64,000 nt of DNA from Mobula hypostoma (Eukaryota): NCBI RefSeq assembly GCF_963921235.1, contig NC_086097.1:97714001-97778000 (forward strand), given 5' to 3'. The position numbers were made by a program, and so were the translations under genes. Below are positions 1 to 13,800 of the stretch, piece by piece (positions within the stretch are counted from its first letter, which is position 1; each line of letters begins with the position of its first letter). Below the pieces are notes generated by a model that was given only the letters and a program-made list of their open reading frames with translations, did not search any database and had not been told where the DNA came from.

Positions 1-2742
1 ACTGATGAGCCCAGGGCATGGATCAACATATGGGAAATTGATATTGCAGCCATTAGTGAGACTTAGTTGCAAGAGGGGCAGGACTGGCAGCTCATTATTC
101 TAGGATTCTGTTGTTTTAGACATGATAGAGCAGGAGGCATTAAAGGGTGGAGGGATGGTGTTACTAGTCAGGGAAAATGTCAAGTCAGGACAGACAGGTG
201 AACTCATCTAGTGAGGCTTTGTGGGTAATACTGAGTGATAAGAAAGGTATGACCACATTAATGGGGCTATATTATAGACCACTCAACAGTCCGCAGGATT
301 TAGAGGAACAAATTTGCAGAGATATCACAGACTTTGCAAGAAACATACTATTGTGATAGAAGGTGACTTTCCACATATTGACTGGGACTCCCATACTGTA
401 AAAGGACTAGATGGGATAGAGTTTGACAAATGTGTTCAGGAAAGTTTCCTTAATCAGTACATAGAAATCCCAACAAGAGGGTATATAATATTTGATCTCT
501 TAGTAGGGAATGAGACAGGGCAAGTGACAGAAGTTTGTGTAGGAGAACACTTTACATGTAGTGACCGCAATGCCATTAGTTTCAAAGTAAGTATGCAAAA
601 AGATGGGTCTGGTCCACGAGTTGAGATTCTAAATTGGAGAAAGGACAATTTTGATGGTATCAGAAAGGATTTGGCAAGTGTGGATTGGGAGAGGTTGTTT
701 TCTGGCAAAGGTGTACTTGGTAAGTGGGAGGCCTTCAAAAGTGAAATTCTGAGAGTGCAAAGCTTGTATATGCCTGTCAGAATAAAAGGCAAGGATAACA
801 GGTTTAGGGAACTTTGGTTTTCTAGAGATATTGAGGCCCTGGTTAAGAAGAAAAAGGAAGTGCATAGCAGGTATAGGCAGGTATGAACAAATGAGGTGCT
901 TATGGGGTATAAGCAATGCAAGAGAACACTAAAGAAATAAATCGGGAGAGCTAAAAGAAGGCATGACGATGCTCTAGCAGACAAGGTGAAGGAGAATCCT
1001 AACGGTTTCCACAGTTATGTTAAGAGCAAAAGGATTATAAGGGACAAAATTGGTCCTCTGGAAGATCAGAATGGTAGCCTATGCGTGGAGCAAAAGAAAT
1101 GGGGGAGATCTTAAATGGATCTGTACTTACTCGGGAGAAGAACACAGAATCTATAAAGGCAGCAGCGGGATCATGGACCCTGTACAGATTACAGAGAAGA
1201 AGTGTTTGCTGTCTTGACCCCAATCAGGGTGGACAAATCCCCAGGGCCTGACAAGGTGTTCCCTTGGACCCTGTGGGAAGCTGGTGCAGAAATTGCAGGG
1301 CCCCTAGCAGAGATATTTGAAACATCTTTAGCAACAGGTGAGGTACTGGAGGATTGGAAGATGCTAATATTGTTCCACTTTTTAAGAAAGACTAAGAATA
1401 AACTAGGAAACTATAAGCTGGTGAACCTGACATCAGTGGTGGGAAAGTTATTGAAAGGTATTCTAAGAGACCAGATATATGATTATTTGGATAGACAAGG
1501 ACTGATTAGTGAAAGTCATTATGGCTTTGTGTGTTGTAGATCATGTCTAATTGAACTTATAGTTTTTTGAGGATGTTACCAAGAATGTTGATGAAGGCAA
1601 GGCAGTAGGTGTTGTCTGCGTGGACTTCAGCAAGGTATTTGACAAAGGCCTTCATGGAAAGTTGGTCAGAAAGGTTCAGTCGCTTGGCATTCAAGATGAG
1701 GTAATAAATTGGATTAGACATTGGCTTTGCAGGAGGGGCCAAAATGTGGTTTAGATGGTTGCGTCTCTGACTGGAGGCCTGGGGATTGGCGCTGAGTCTT
1801 GTTGTTTGTTATCTATATCAGCGATCTGGGTGATAATGTAGTTAACTGGATCAGCAAGTTTGTGGATGACACCAACATTGGAGGTGTAGTGGACAGCAAG
1901 GAAGACTACCAAAGCTTGCTGGAAAAATGGGCTGAAAAATGGCAGATGGAATTTAATGCAGACAAGTACAAGGTGTTGCACTTCACTAGAACAATTAGGG
2001 TAGGTCTTACACAGTGAATGGGAGGGCACTGAAGAGTGCTGAAGAACAAAGGAATCTGGGAATACAGTTCCATAATTCATTGAAAGTGGTGTCATAGGTA
2101 GATAGGGTTGTAAAGAAAGCTTTTGGCACATTGGCCTTCATAAATCAAAGTACTGAGTACAGGAGATGGGACGTTATGTTGAAGTTGTACAAGATGTTGG
2201 TGAGACTTAATTTAGAATATTGTTTTCAGTTTTGGTCATCTATCTGCAGTAAGCATGTAAATAAGATTGAAAGAATACAGAGAAAATTTACAAGGATGTT
2301 GCCAGTACTGGAGGACCCGAGTTAAAAAGAAACATTGGATATTTTAGAACTTTATTCCTCGGAACATACAAAATTGAGAGGAGATTTGATAGAGGTATAC
2401 AAAATTTTGAGGGGTAGAGATAGGGTAAATACAAGCAGGCTTTTTCCACTGAGGTTGGGTGAGACTACAACTAGAGGTCATAGGATAAGGATGAAGGGTG
2501 AAATGTTTAAGGGGAACATGAGGAGAAACTTCTTCATTCAAAGGGTGGTGAGAGTGTGGAACGAGCTGCCAGTGCAGGTGCTAGTTGCAAGCCCAATTTC
2601 AATGTGCAAAGAGAAGTTTGGATAGGTACATGGATAGGAAGGGTATGGAGGGCTATGGTCCAGGTGTACGCCAATGAGACTAAGCAGGTTAAATGGTTCA
2701 ACATGGGCCAAAGGGCCTGTTTCTGTGTAATTTTCTATGACT
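1..2742 (+). mobile_element. CR1 LINE, decayed ORF2 (endonuclease + RT) with 3' end
   Basis: Broken ORFs with [41 protein letters not shown] motifs; CR1-type ttctatgact tail. Confidence 0.9.
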
Positions 2743-3792
2743 GAAATGTAAGAATAGAGAGATGGGATTTAAATCATTATTGGTGCTGAGCACATAAAAT
2801 CTACCTGGCCTTTATTGGAATGCATGCTGGATTGCTGAAAGTAATAGTAAAGAAATTATGGAAACTGCTACCACAACAACCATTCATGGATCTCTGGGTA
2901 TTCAGTGTATTAATGGAAAAATAGATTATTACATCCCTAATCCGTGAGACAAGAGGATTACAATCAGTAACAATCAGCTGGTTGATTAAATGTCGTCATG
3001 AAACTGAGACTAGGATTTTGAACAATATGCATTGGGTAACAAACATGATTGAAATCAATAAAGTAATGAAAAACAGTTGAAGGAAGTTAGTGTACTCTCC
3101 AGCACACATCTGTAGAAGTTTGTCAAAGTTTTAGACGACGTACTGAATCTTCACAAACTTCTAAGAAAGTAAATGAAGGTTAAGAAAGAGATGTAATAGA
3201 CGTGCTCAAACTGGATTTATTTCTTCATCCCAAAAAAAGTTTGAACTTTGTCTTAAACTTACTCAGTGAACGAAGATTATGACTCTCTTGGGTTGATAAT
3301 TTCAAGGTTTCACAATCAAAGTAAAGTAGCTTATCCTCCACTAGATGTTTTTAATCTGACAGTAAATGCTAGAATGATTAATGGAGCCTTGGCATTCGTG
3401 AAGGGTATTATTCAAAAATTGACTGTTTTGCAGACTACTTTAAGGGAGAACTCAGAAGATTGTTGTTGGACAGGAGTTGCTCAAGGCCAGACCAGATAAA
3501 AGACCAGATATATGCCTTTGTTTCATTTATATAATGGTTTTATGTGTCCATTCTTTTCATTTAAGTTTAAGTTTCCTAAATTACCACCTCAGTAACATGA
3601 TCCTTGGTATTATCACAAAGCAGTTGCTAGCTTAGATATTCACTTAGATGGATAGGATAAATATTTTGTAGCATTGAATGTCTGATTCAGATAGTAATGA
3701 TATATTCCAAGACCATCTTCAGTTCGCCTGGGAGCCTGTGATTATTAATCTTCCTACAGTATATAACTTACCTAGAGAACTCAATTGACCTT

Positions 3793-3919
3793 CTGAAGGG
3801 TCTTGGCCCGAAACGTCAGCTATACTCTTTTCCATAGATGCTGCCTGACCTGCTAAGTTCCTCCAGCATTTGTGTGTGTTCAGTGAATTTCAAGCATCTG
3901 CTGATTTTCTCTTGTTTGT
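3793..3919 (+). mobile_element. Short PLE 3'-end fragment beginning inside the hammerhead motif
   Basis: tgaagggtcttggcccgaaacgtc...gatgctgcctgacctgct...agcatctgc resembles 42085-42210. Confidence 0.75.
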
Positions 3920-4705
3920 TGACTGGGCAAAGTAAGTTGGTTTCAGAATTTAGTCAATAAAATGCACAATTTTTTTAAAAAAAGATGTAATGTGCTACAT
4001 GTGAAAGCACATTAATTATAATTCTGTTGCATTGAGTATCTCAGGCAGTGAAAATGATCAAAGATTCTTTTCTCCAGCCAGGCAGTTGTGCAGCACTTGG
4101 TTACAGATACTCTTTAGATTGCACCAGAACTTTATGCTGTCTGCCTTTCCTTCTCCTCATTGTTTTGGGTGGTATAGTAATATAACAGTTAGCTGTCACA
4201 AAGTTTCAGGTACCAAGATTTCAATCCTAATCTCTGCTATCCTTGTGGTGTTTGCATATTCTTGGTCACCACTTCAATTTCCCAAATACATACTGCTAGG
4301 TTAACTGGCTATTGCAAATTACCCATTTTGTAGGTAAGTGACAAAAGTATTAAAGAATTGATGAGTATTTGAAGAAAAGAGTTAGAGTTGAGGGGAATGG
4401 GACTGACAGGAGCTAGCATGGGCTTGATGAGTTGTAATGAGTTTCGGATTATGTTGGGTTCTCTTTCACAGAGTAGGGGTCTTGTTATAGGACTTACTAC
4501 CAGACAGGATAGCAAGAATATTCTGATTGTTGTTCATTGGACATTTACAAAAGAAAGCCATGTATTTTATTCACTTATTTCCCATCAAAAATTTTCATAA
4601 GCCGATTGGTCTATGCTTCAGAGTGCTGTGCTCAGTGGTGTTTGTGAATACTGACTGTCTACTTATCACTCAGTATTTGTCTGAAGTGTTGCCATTTTAT
4701 TTCAG

Positions 4706-4835
4706 AAAATGAAGGATGATTCAGACAGCGATAAATGGCAACAGATTCATCATATACAGAACCTTTTTGCTTTCAACCTGTTCTGCCAAAAACGCTTTGA
4801 TGACTCCATGCAGGTTTTTGCTAAGCTTGGCACAG
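4706..4835 (+). CDS. VPS39: VPS39 exon ([43 protein letters not shown])
   Basis: ttcAG acceptor, GTaac donor, 130 nt. Confidence 0.95.
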
Positions 4836-7800
4836 GTAACAACATACCTATACCATTTTTAAATAGATGATGAACCAGGGGCCAGTGCAGGACAGTGCCA
4901 GGAATGATAACAGCATATGAATACAGGAAAGAAGTTGAAACTCTCGTTAGTAATCTCTTACTAATTCTTACTTCCCTTTCTATAATCAGAAATGATGATT
5001 AAGTGAAGCAATATTGGGTATGTGTAATGGAAACAGAGATAGTAAGGGGCTTAGTAATTTAGCAATTATGAGGAACTTCTGAGAGGATTGGTTTGAATGT
5101 GTAATGGAAACAGAGATAGTAAGAGGCTTAATAATTTAGCAATTATGAGAAACTTCTGAGAGGATTGGTTTGAATGTGACAAGGAACAATGTAGTATTGT
5201 GCATTAAAGAACATAGAAATAAGAGGAACAGTTCATAACAGTGTCATATCCCAAACTGAAGGTATATGAAAGATCTTAAATATTAACTCATTTAATCTTA
5301 AATATCAACTATATTTAAGGAGCACTTAATACATACATATTTAAAGCTATAGATATGCACTGAAGGTTTTAGATATTTTGGATTGCAAAGGGAACTGAAT
5401 TATATTCTTTTCATTAAATTTATTTGATTTATCAGATCCTACTCATGTGATTGGTCTGTATCCAGACTTGTTGCCAGCTGATTTCAGGAAGCAACTTCAG
5501 TATCCAAACCCACTTCCCACACTATCTACTGCAGAGCTGGAAAAAGCACACTTAGCACTCATAGACTACTTGACCCAGGTAAACGTCCCTGGTGAAATCA
5601 AATTCTGCCTTCTTTGAGTACACCTGTAAGGGCATGCATAACTTTGAAGTAACATATCATGAATGCTCCTAGGGCTTTGTTGCTTGTCATATTTGAATGG
5701 TTCATTGGAAGATTGGTTCAACTCAGGCTGCGATTGGACTTAGAACAACAGAGTGTCAGAAATATCTGAATGTATTGGATTGGGGTTGGCTACACTAAAG
5801 TAAATGCTGCAGAGTTTGGATTTGGGCAGGAAATCGGGTATTATACCTGTTAAAGGTGAATACAATTATATTTACAAGTGGTTTGTACCTCCTGGAAAGA
5901 AGTGCAGACTACCTAATGACGGATACACAAACATTGGGCTTTGTAAAATAAATCTTGTAGTGACGTGGTCGTGAGATGCATGGTGGGTTTAAATACAAAT
6001 TTGTTTATGGCATTGTAAAGCTTTATTAATATATTGTTTATAATTTTTGTCATTCTTCCTAGAAACGAATGCATTTGGTTAAACAACTGAATGATTCAGA
6101 TCCCTCTACCACTTCACCACTAATGGAAGGAACACCAACCATTAAGTCAAAGAAAAAGTTGCTCCAGATTATTGACACAACATTATTAAAGTGTTACCTT
6201 CAAGTGAGTAGGGCAGCATTGTGATCCAGTAACATGATTTGTCCGACTTTAAAGGCAAAAGCAAATGTTGCACTTCCTTTTCCCTGTTGAGGTGTTGACA
6301 TGTGCCTCAGTGAACCATTCTATTTTGAGCTTTCAACATTGTGGATGGTGTTGTTCAGCATGTGCTGGTTGATAGAGACACAGCATGGAGCAGGTCCTAC
6401 TGCTCAAACTGCCTTTGCTGCAGTAGAGGACCTTTCTCTTCCAGTGATGAGCTAAATTACAACCATCAGTTGTGGGATCTTGAGGGAAAATTTGGAGGAA
6501 AACAGTTATTATTGCATTGTTAGATAAGGAAGGTGTGATAAAGGGGGACTTGGCAACAGATTTGAAACCAGGACATAAATTTTAAGTCTGAGATAAACAT
6601 TGGAGCCAAAGGTGAATGAGGATTGTGTTGTTTTAGAAAGAGAGCAGCAAGATTTTGTGTGAGCTGCTTCTAATTTAAGATTGTGGGTGGACTGCCAACA
6701 ATAGGCATCTCATGACACTGGAAAGATACTACCCACAGTTTCCCTGGAAAATCCTCCAAATTCACTAGATGTATACAAAAACCAACTTCACCTCTCACTA
6801 GTCAGCTCTAGCAGGCAGTCAACGCAGTTCACCTGCTTGACACTGGACTTCTGAAACAGATGCTCTGTTTAAGCAGAAAGAGGGAAATTCTTAAGAAGGT
6901 ATTCCGTGTTTCCTGGAATGGCTCTTAGGAATCCCTGGTCCATGATTGCCTAAAGTAGAGAATAAGTATTCAGAAGGTACTCAAATCATGTTTTGGAAGC
7001 ACACTCAAGTGGCAGGATTTTAAGCCTCAGTTCTTGGGACTGCCCAATTGGTACATTTGCCACAATTGCACAAAAGGTCAGGGCAGACATAGAGAAACAG
7101 AAGTTACTGCAATTGTTTATCTTCAGAATAGTCGAGTCTAGAAGTACCTAAGGCACACATGAGTTTCAACTGCAGGTGGGGTGAATCAGCTAGAGATGGA
7201 AAGTATTTACAGGGTGATTTTGTGGAAGGCAGTATTTCACAATTAGCAGCTAATTTTAGGATTTACTAACTTATTGAGATTTCATCAGTCATTGAGAGGA
7301 ATAGAGCCAACAATTAGGAGTAGGGAATGCCAAGGATGGTGGCTTCAGTCTTCCCAGTATCTAACTAATCTTGGCTTCATCCGTCACAGGTACTGTGACA
7401 AGACAGTGGAGGGGATGAAAAAGATGATGAAGTAGAGCTGTGTGACGTTAGCATACAAAAAGTTCTCATCATTCTCCTTACTGAATGCTGACTGTTTGTT
7501 TCAGACTAATGTAGCTCTTGTAGCACCATTGTTACGGCTGGAAAACAACCATTGTCACATTGAGGAGAGCGAACACGTTCTGAAGAAAGCACAGAAGTAC
7601 AGTGAGCTTATTATTCTGTATGAAAAGAAGGGTCTACACGAGAAAGGTAAAATAATAAACTTAAATCCATTGCAGTCCTGTTTCCTTTTACAGGAGCAGG
7701 AGTAACCTGTTCTACTATCCACTTCATGATTGATCTCTGAACTAAAACAGTTAGCCACCTGAACACTATCTGCTGCCCTTTCTTAGCTAATGAATCGGTA

Positions 7801-10800
7801 CTTCTCTCGTTGAACAATACTTGGAAGAAGCACCAAGGATAGTGGTGTAAAATTAATTCTGGATAAGGTTTTCATGTCCAGCAACAAGCAGCAAGATATC
7901 AATACCAGCAACTGAATTGTCCTCAGCCTGATGGACGTAATTGTCAGATACTGTCAGTGGTGATAGTTTAAGCCTAAGGCAAGAGATGAACCTGCCTGAC
8001 ATCGGCCTCAGTTTGCTTGTTATGGAGCTATCAATCCACATTAATGTTTATAGGATTGTCTTGATAGAGACAAAGTCCCACCTTCATACAATCCACATGA
8101 TAGCATGGAATGATGGTGCCCTGAATGTAAAAGAGGGGAAAAACACTAGTGTTCCCAAAGTAGCCAAATTTGTACCCAAGTACTTGCATTTCCATTACAA
8201 CACTGACATCTACCTCACAATGCGAAATTTCCTTAATTATGTCCTACCACATTATAAGCAGCCAATTATTACCCAATATTTTACAGTCAACCATCAGAAA
8301 AGGGACACATTATGCTATCAGCATACTTACCAATGGCCTCTTATATCAGATTTTCCTATAACTATTTGGTTTCAATCTGTTAATAATGTTTCATCCAAAT
8401 CGGCAAAAGAGGTAAATTCCAGAGGAGAGGTTCAAGTGACTACCCTTCAAGTCAGGCATCATTTGACAGAAAGTGGCAACAAGAGTCTTAGTAAAATTGA
8501 ACTCATTAGGAGTAAGAATAAACACTATTATGTTGAGTTATATCTTGCCTGAAGAAAGGTGGTTGTGGTTGTTGGTCCATTATCTCAGATCCAAGCCATT
8601 GTTGCAAGAGTTTCTCAGGGCAATGTCCTGGGTCCATCTGCCTTTGGCTGCTGCCTCAGTGATATTCCTTCCATTGTGGTGAGGAGATTCATTGATTATA
8701 CAGTGTTCAATTCCTTTCAAAATGACATACTATGCCTGTGTGCAGCAAAGAAACATATCATTTGAACAGGGTTGATAATTGGGAAGTCAAGTTGTCATGC
8801 AAATGCCAGGCAATAGTAGTTTTCAACTAGAGTGTCAAGCTACCAACCTGTGATATTCAATGGCATTATTATAACTTGAACATCTTGTAGTTCACAATTG
8901 ACCAGAAGCTCAGCTGAGCTTGCTACAGTACATAAATGTTATCATGGCTGCAAGAGCAGATCAGAGACTTGCATTGCAGTATGATTCATTTCCTGACACA
9001 CCACATATAATGTGCCAGTTATGAGTGTGATGGAGCTTTCCAGCTGCATGGATGACTGCATCTCCATCAATACTCAATATCTTCAAAACAGCTTGCTGGA
9101 TTGGCAGTCATAGAGTCATAGAGCACTACAGGACAGAAACAGGCTCTTCAGCCCATCTAGTCCATACCGAACTGTTAATCTGCCTACCGTAAACACTAAA
9201 TACTCTGCAGATGCTGGGGTCAAAGCAACACTCACAACACGCTGGAGGAACTCAGTAGGTCGGGCAGCATCTGCGGAAACGATCAGTCAAAGTTTCATGC
9301 CGGAACCCTTCATCGGGACTGAAGAGAGAGGGGGCAGAGGCCCTATAAAGAAGGTGGGGGGAGGGTGGGAAGGAGATTGCCTATTGACACGACTGTTCAG
9401 CAGATGACACAATAGCAACAGCTCTACACACTGTCCTTACACATCTGGGGAAGAAGGATGCTTTTGTAAGAATGCTGTTCTTGGACTACAGTTCAGCATT
9501 CAACACCATAATTCCCTCCAGGTTTGACAGGAAGCTCAGAGACGAAGGGTCTCGGCCTGAAATGTCGACTGTACCTCTTCCTAGCGATACTGCCTGGCCT
9601 GTTGCGTTCACCGGCAACTTTTATGTGTGTTGCTTGCATATCCAGTCTTTGTTTGATAGGTTTCAGTGAGATCCATGAGACTTAGGAGCAGAGTTAGGCC
9701 ATTCGGCCTGTCGTGTCTGTTCCACAATTCCATCATGGCTGATTTATTATCCCTCTCAACCCCATTCTCCTGCCTTCTCCGTATAACTTTTGATGCTCTT
9801 ACTAATCAAGAACCTCTCGACCTCTGCTTTAAGTATAACCAATGACTTTGCTTCCACAGCTGTCTGGCAATGAAATTCATAGATTTACTGCCCTCTGGCT
9901 GAAGAAAATCTTCAACCCTGTTCTAAAGGGACCTCCTTCTATTCTGAGGCTGTGCCCTCTGGTCCTACACTCCCCCACTATATAAACACCCTTTCCATGT
10001 CAACTCTATCTAGGCCTTCTAATATTCGATAGGTATCAACGAGGCCATGCTTCTAAACTCCAGTGAGTGCAGGCCAGGAGCCATTAAGTACTCTTCATAT
10101 ATTAATACCTTTCATTCCTAGGATCATTCTCGTAAATCTCTGGACCTGCTTCAATGCCAGCACATCCTTTCTTAGATAAGTGGCTTAAAACTGCTCATAT
10201 TACTCCGTGAGCGGTCTAACCAATGCCTTAAATAGCCTCATCATTACGTCCTTGCATCCTTCCACCAATTTGCCTGACCAGAAGTATAAAAAGTCACTTT
10301 CATTTAAATAGCTCCATTACACTACTGCTAAATAGATGCTTTTGTTGCTGCTGTTATCATTGTCATGTTGCAAATATGCACAGCAAGCTGCTAATTTTTT
10401 GTCCATTTGCTTCTGCATACTCCCTGCTTCCTCAGCACCTTCTGCCCCTCCACCTGTCTTTATATCATCCACAAACTCGGCCACGAAACCGTCAGTTCCG
10501 TCATCCAGATCATTGACGTATAATGTGAAAAGAAGTGATCTGAACACCAACCCCAGCATCCAGAAAATCCCCCCTTTATTCCCATTCTTTGCTAGTTTGT
10601 CCATGGCAGAATCTTTCCACAGGTTTCACCTTTTTTAGCAGCCTCGCACTGTGTCAAAGGGTTTATAAAATTCCAAGTAAACAACATCCACTGATTCTTG
10701 TTTGTCTTTCTTACCTGTTATTTCCTCAAAGAATTCCAAGGGAGTTGGACTGCACCACTGTTTTAATGTATATAATTCATAGATAAAAGCCTGTTTTATG

Positions 10801-13800
10801 ACATGTTGTCACAAATGTTCAGGTGGCTTTAAAACACTGTGGTGCTGCAGTCATCTGTCCATTCCTCCCTTGTTTTTGAAGGATATTTCATGTGCTGTTG
10901 TGCTTTCTTTGCAGCTTTACAGGTCCTTCTAGACCAGGCAAAAAAAGCTAACTCGCCACTGAAAGGACATGAGCGAACTGTGCAGTACCTGCAAAGACTG
11001 GGTTAGTAATAGTTAGTAATGTATTATAGTAACATTACACAGAAACCAGTTAATTAACAGATGATTGATCAATGTAGTTAGTTCCTTCTCTGATTCACTG
11101 CAGTTTTCAGGTTGTAATTAGGTTCATGGGCTGTGATGAAGGACATGGCTGCAGATCATGAGCCAGTGACTTCTGAATAGGACATTTATGCAGACATTGA
11201 GTGAGACGAGATTGAGGTTAGCTTTGATGCTTGCTGTTGCATATTGGCAGGAAGGGTCTTTGGAAATATTGGCATTCAAGAAGCCTTCTGAGGCCTTCCA
11301 GTAATCTGCAGTTTTTACATTTGGAATTTGATGATTTTAACTTGTTATGGTTAATTTATGCATTAGATGTATTCCAGAAGAAACCTTTCTGTACCTATTT
11401 TCTGATATGTTTCTTTTCTCTTTAGGGAAAGAGAACTTGAATATAATTTTTGAATTTTCTCTTTGGGTCCTGAAAGCATGTCCTGAAGATGGATTAAAGG
11501 TTGGTGTTTATAACAGGCTTTGTTTTGATCCTTAGTTAAAATCTAAATAGTTTGCTATACATGATTTTCATTTGAGTCCTGACATATGTCCTGTGTGAAT
11601 ATAATTGTCAATGTCGCTTGATACTAGTTGATAAAGTTTTATGGAGAGATTATGCTATGTAGCTGCAGTGCTGAGATGGAACTTTATCATAGACTGTAAC
11701 ATGGCAAGGAGATGTCTGTCAGGAGCAGAATTGCTCAGAGTTTAAACACCCAGATGAATTTACCAAGGTGCACAACAAATTGGTCCATACTTGCTTTTGG
11801 TCATCTTTGTTTAGATATTTACAGAGGATCTCCCTGAAGTGGAAAACCTACCAAGAGACAAAGTATTGGAATTCTTGAAGGAGAGCTTTAAGGAACTTGC
11901 TACTCCGTACCTGGTAAGAACTCTTCATATCTGGAAATAGTATTAATATTACTCTCAGTGATGTGTCCATTTTGTTACATTTTATACAGACATGTCATTG
12001 GGTGTTCATCCTTTCCCGCACTTTTCACAGACCGGCATAAATTTTCCTTTAATTTGCTGGGTGTTCCTTCAGTATTTGGTCAAGAATGCAAGGTTGAGTT
12101 TTGCAAGTTATTTTCAATTCAATTGATGTTCACATTGATGGAGTAGGACTTGACTGGTATGGAAGTATGAAAAAGGCACTTGCATTTAAATAGTTCTATT
12201 ACACCACAGCCAATTAAATGTTTTTGGACTTGCTGTTATCATTGTCATGTTGGAAGCATGCACAGCAGACTGCCACAAGTAGTATATCTGTATTAGTGTT
12301 GCAGATTGGACATTAAATATTGGTCCAGAAATCTGGGATAGCTCTTGCTCTTCTAAGTAGCACCATCCACCTGCAAGAATGAAGAGGCCTCTGTCTCATT
12401 GGTTTTACTTTTTTTATATTCATTCAAGGGACTGAGCTTCACTAATTGCATTTAATTGCCCATCCCTAGTCATCCTTGAGAATAGTGCTAGGATACAACT
12501 ATGGTTAATTAGCAAGAGCCAATATAAAGAAGCAGAGCGGCCATTGTGTGAGTGGACAGTGTTAAAGTCATCAGACTTTGGCTCAATAGGCTTGAGGTGA
12601 GAACAGGTGAAGAATAGAACTTAAGTTTGAGAAGTTAGAGGCATAACAAATGTAGACACGATGGTAGTTCAGGCAGTGGAATACTTCTTCTGTGACCCTG
12701 TGGTCTCCCTGATGACGGCATCTACAAGAAGTGCACCCAACTTCAGCTCCTGACTGACTTAAGACCATCCTAGAGGCTGAAAACTACATTTGTGAGTTTT
12801 TTTTTTACCAAGGTGGTCATACACAGAGTGCAGGCTTCAGATAGTAGATGGGTGAGCATCAGGAGAAGTGAGGGGAATAAGCAGTCATTACAGGGTTCCC
12901 TTCTGGCTATTCCCCTCAGCAACAAGTATACCGCTCCCCACCCCCCACCCCCCCCCGAGGGGTGGGATTCAGATTTCTTGCATCAGTGCTTTCCTTTTAG
13001 ATAAATATATTGTGGATAATTGCTTGGACCTGAGGTATTTGACTCCCCTCCTGGCTATGCCTTCTATTGCTTGCTCTGCCTCATCTACTGCTCATTACCA
13101 AACTGTATCTTGCTCAGTTTCCAGTCATCTAAAGCTTCTTTGAGCATCTTGCCTTTTTCAGCATTGCTTGTGTTTTATTTTTTTTAAATAAATTTTTCTC
13201 TGTGCTGCCCACCCAAAAAATATAATTACATGAAATCCAAGATGCATAAATATTTTTTTTAAAGATTCTTTCTTTGTCAGTGCTCCTGTGGAGGTACTCT
13301 GGAATTTGATTATTCTGTCAGAACGTTATTCCAGTAACTCGTTATTAATCTTTGTTTAATCTAAGACAGTGAGATTTGATAGAATAATTGCTCTGGGCAT
13401 AGGCCTGAGATAATGCTCCCCATTACTCCTTACCCATCAACCATTTATTGGATCTTTATGATGATTTTTGTTTGTTATCTTCTTTTCGAGGAACATATCA
13501 TTTACATCTGGGATGAAACAGGGCCAGTCTTCCACAACTGCCTGATCCAGTTGTACCGTGAAAAAGTGCAAACCCTCATGAAGGACTACCTGAACTCTCT
13601 ACCTGAGGGTAAGACCCATGTCTGCAGAGGATCTGTGCTGCATTGCAATTCCTATTTTGTTTCTGAGTTGTGAACAAAATTATTTTGTTTATGTAGCCAA
13701 CTTTTCAACCGTCCTATGAAAGTACTTTCTTGGGAATTTCACTACTCTGTTGCTGTGATATTGCACCAGTGGTCCCAAACTTGGTGCATCTTACAGCAAT

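Noticed and set aside
2743..4705. Additional upstream VPS39 exon
   Set aside because: I found no segment encoding the expected preceding VPS39 sequence with splice sites.
7941..8552. 203-aa ORF in a VPS39 intron
   Set aside because: No recognisable domain, non-ATG start, and it overlaps decayed LINE-like sequence; most likely a chance ORF.
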